Assembly (NCBI GenBank): GCA_002424635.1
Contig: DIKT01000029.1
Coordinates: 6,254 to 70,253 of the forward strand
DNA length: 64,000 bases
Reading direction: 5' to 3'
Source of the DNA: Desulfobulbaceae bacterium UBA5611
Lineage (GTDB): Bacteria > Desulfobacterota > Desulfobulbia > Desulfobulbales > Desulfocapsaceae
Positions 63,604 through 64,000 of this stretch are shown in pieces. Every line of letters starts with the position of its first letter. Position 1 is the stretch's first letter. Under the pieces are notes generated by a model that worked only from the letters and a program-made list of their open reading frames with translations, ran no database searches and was not told the DNA's origin. Made by a program: the position numbers and the translations under genes.

Positions 63604-64000
63604 ATGCAGGAAATTCAATTTGCGCCATCAATATTATCCGCCGATTTTGCCCGTTTAGGAGAGGAAATTCAGGCGGTTGATCAGGCCGGGGCTGAGATTA
63701 TCCATGTGGACGTTATGGATGGTCATTTTGTGCCTAATATCACCATCGGCCCATTAGTGGTCAAGGCGGTTCGTCAAGTAACGGCCAAGATCATTGATGT
63801 CCACCTGATGATTTCAAATGCGGATCAATATCTGGAAGCCTTTGCTGAGGCTGGAGCAGACTGGATCACCGTCCATGTAGAGGCCTGTCCTCATTTGCAT
63901 CGCACTGTTACCCATATTCGAGAGTTGGGGAAAAAAGCAGGTGTCGTTCTTAATCCGGCCACTTCCTTGGAAACGCTTGATTATGTTCTGGAAGAGATAG
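63604..64000 (+). CDS. rpe: Ribulose-phosphate 3-epimerase, 3' end outside the window
   Basis: My own translation gives [51 protein letters not shown]. No stop before base 64000. Confidence 0.85.
   Translation, partial: MQEIQFAPSILSADFARLGEEIQAVDQAGAEIIHVDVMDGHFVPNITIGPLVVKAVRQVTAKIIDVHLMISNADQYLEAFAEAGADWITVHVEACPHLHRTVTHIRELGKKAGVVLNPATSLETLDYVLEEI

Noticed and set aside
1-64000. Search for transposases, integrases, phage genes, tRNA/rRNA genes and toxin-antitoxin pairs.
   Set aside because: No ORF translation shows DDE/tyrosine-recombinase/serine-recombinase signatures. I did not notice any terminal inverted repeats or cloverleaf-type sequences. The absence is judged by eye only and should be confirmed with tRNAscan-SE, Infernal and ISfinder.

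Overview
64-kb chromosomal window, about 50% GC, with 50+ protein genes. I see no rRNA, tRNA, CRISPR array, transposase or integrase. The gene content suggests an anaerobic Desulfobacterota-like organism (inference only): membrane-anchored multihaem cytochromes, a cytochrome/FeS/NrfD module, PAS-rich hybrid kinases, HD-GYP and GGDEF proteins, and sigma54 promoters.

Layout:
- 1-7.2 kb, plus strand: partial RecA-like ATPase, eukaryote-type hisA, HDOD protein, MBL hydrolase, nadE, 12-haem cytochrome.
- 7.3-55.1 kb: a ~48-kb run that is minus strand throughout apart from one GGDEF gene. It starts with an HD-GYP response regulator and a 1028-aa multi-PAS hybrid kinase, then a decaying tandem copy of that module (frameshifted kinase plus a 31-codon regulator stub), then a 3060-aa cyclic beta-1,2-glucan-synthase-like giant with a DUF748/AsmA-like partner.
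- Within that run, a ~25-kb stress/detoxification island: PRC-barrel, CsbD, persulfide dioxygenase-rhodanese-YeeE fusion, haloperoxidase-type hydrolase, YihY, DJ-1/PfpI, SOD, FAD oxidoreductase, a copper module with a CopA-CopB fusion interrupted at an A6 run, SDR, Ku-LigD, an 8-gene operon of BON/tail-anchored/hemerythrin proteins, a Cys-rich four-helix-bundle protein, a KGG-repeat protein, a large catalase and DUF2892.
- After the island: a GGDEF sensor (+) and a tetrahaem cytochrome/FeS/NrfD module (-).
- 55.5-64 kb, plus strand housekeeping: mrcB plus an LpoP-like lipoprotein, dnaG, rpoD, dprA, partial rpe.

Most interesting: two stress operons carry textbook sigma54 -24/-12 promoters. Each is preceded, at a similar distance upstream, by a shared ~55-nt element, a candidate enhancer for an activator that is not encoded in this window. 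This points to a sigma54-driven general-stress regulon assembled from homologues of the Bacillus sigmaB regulon.
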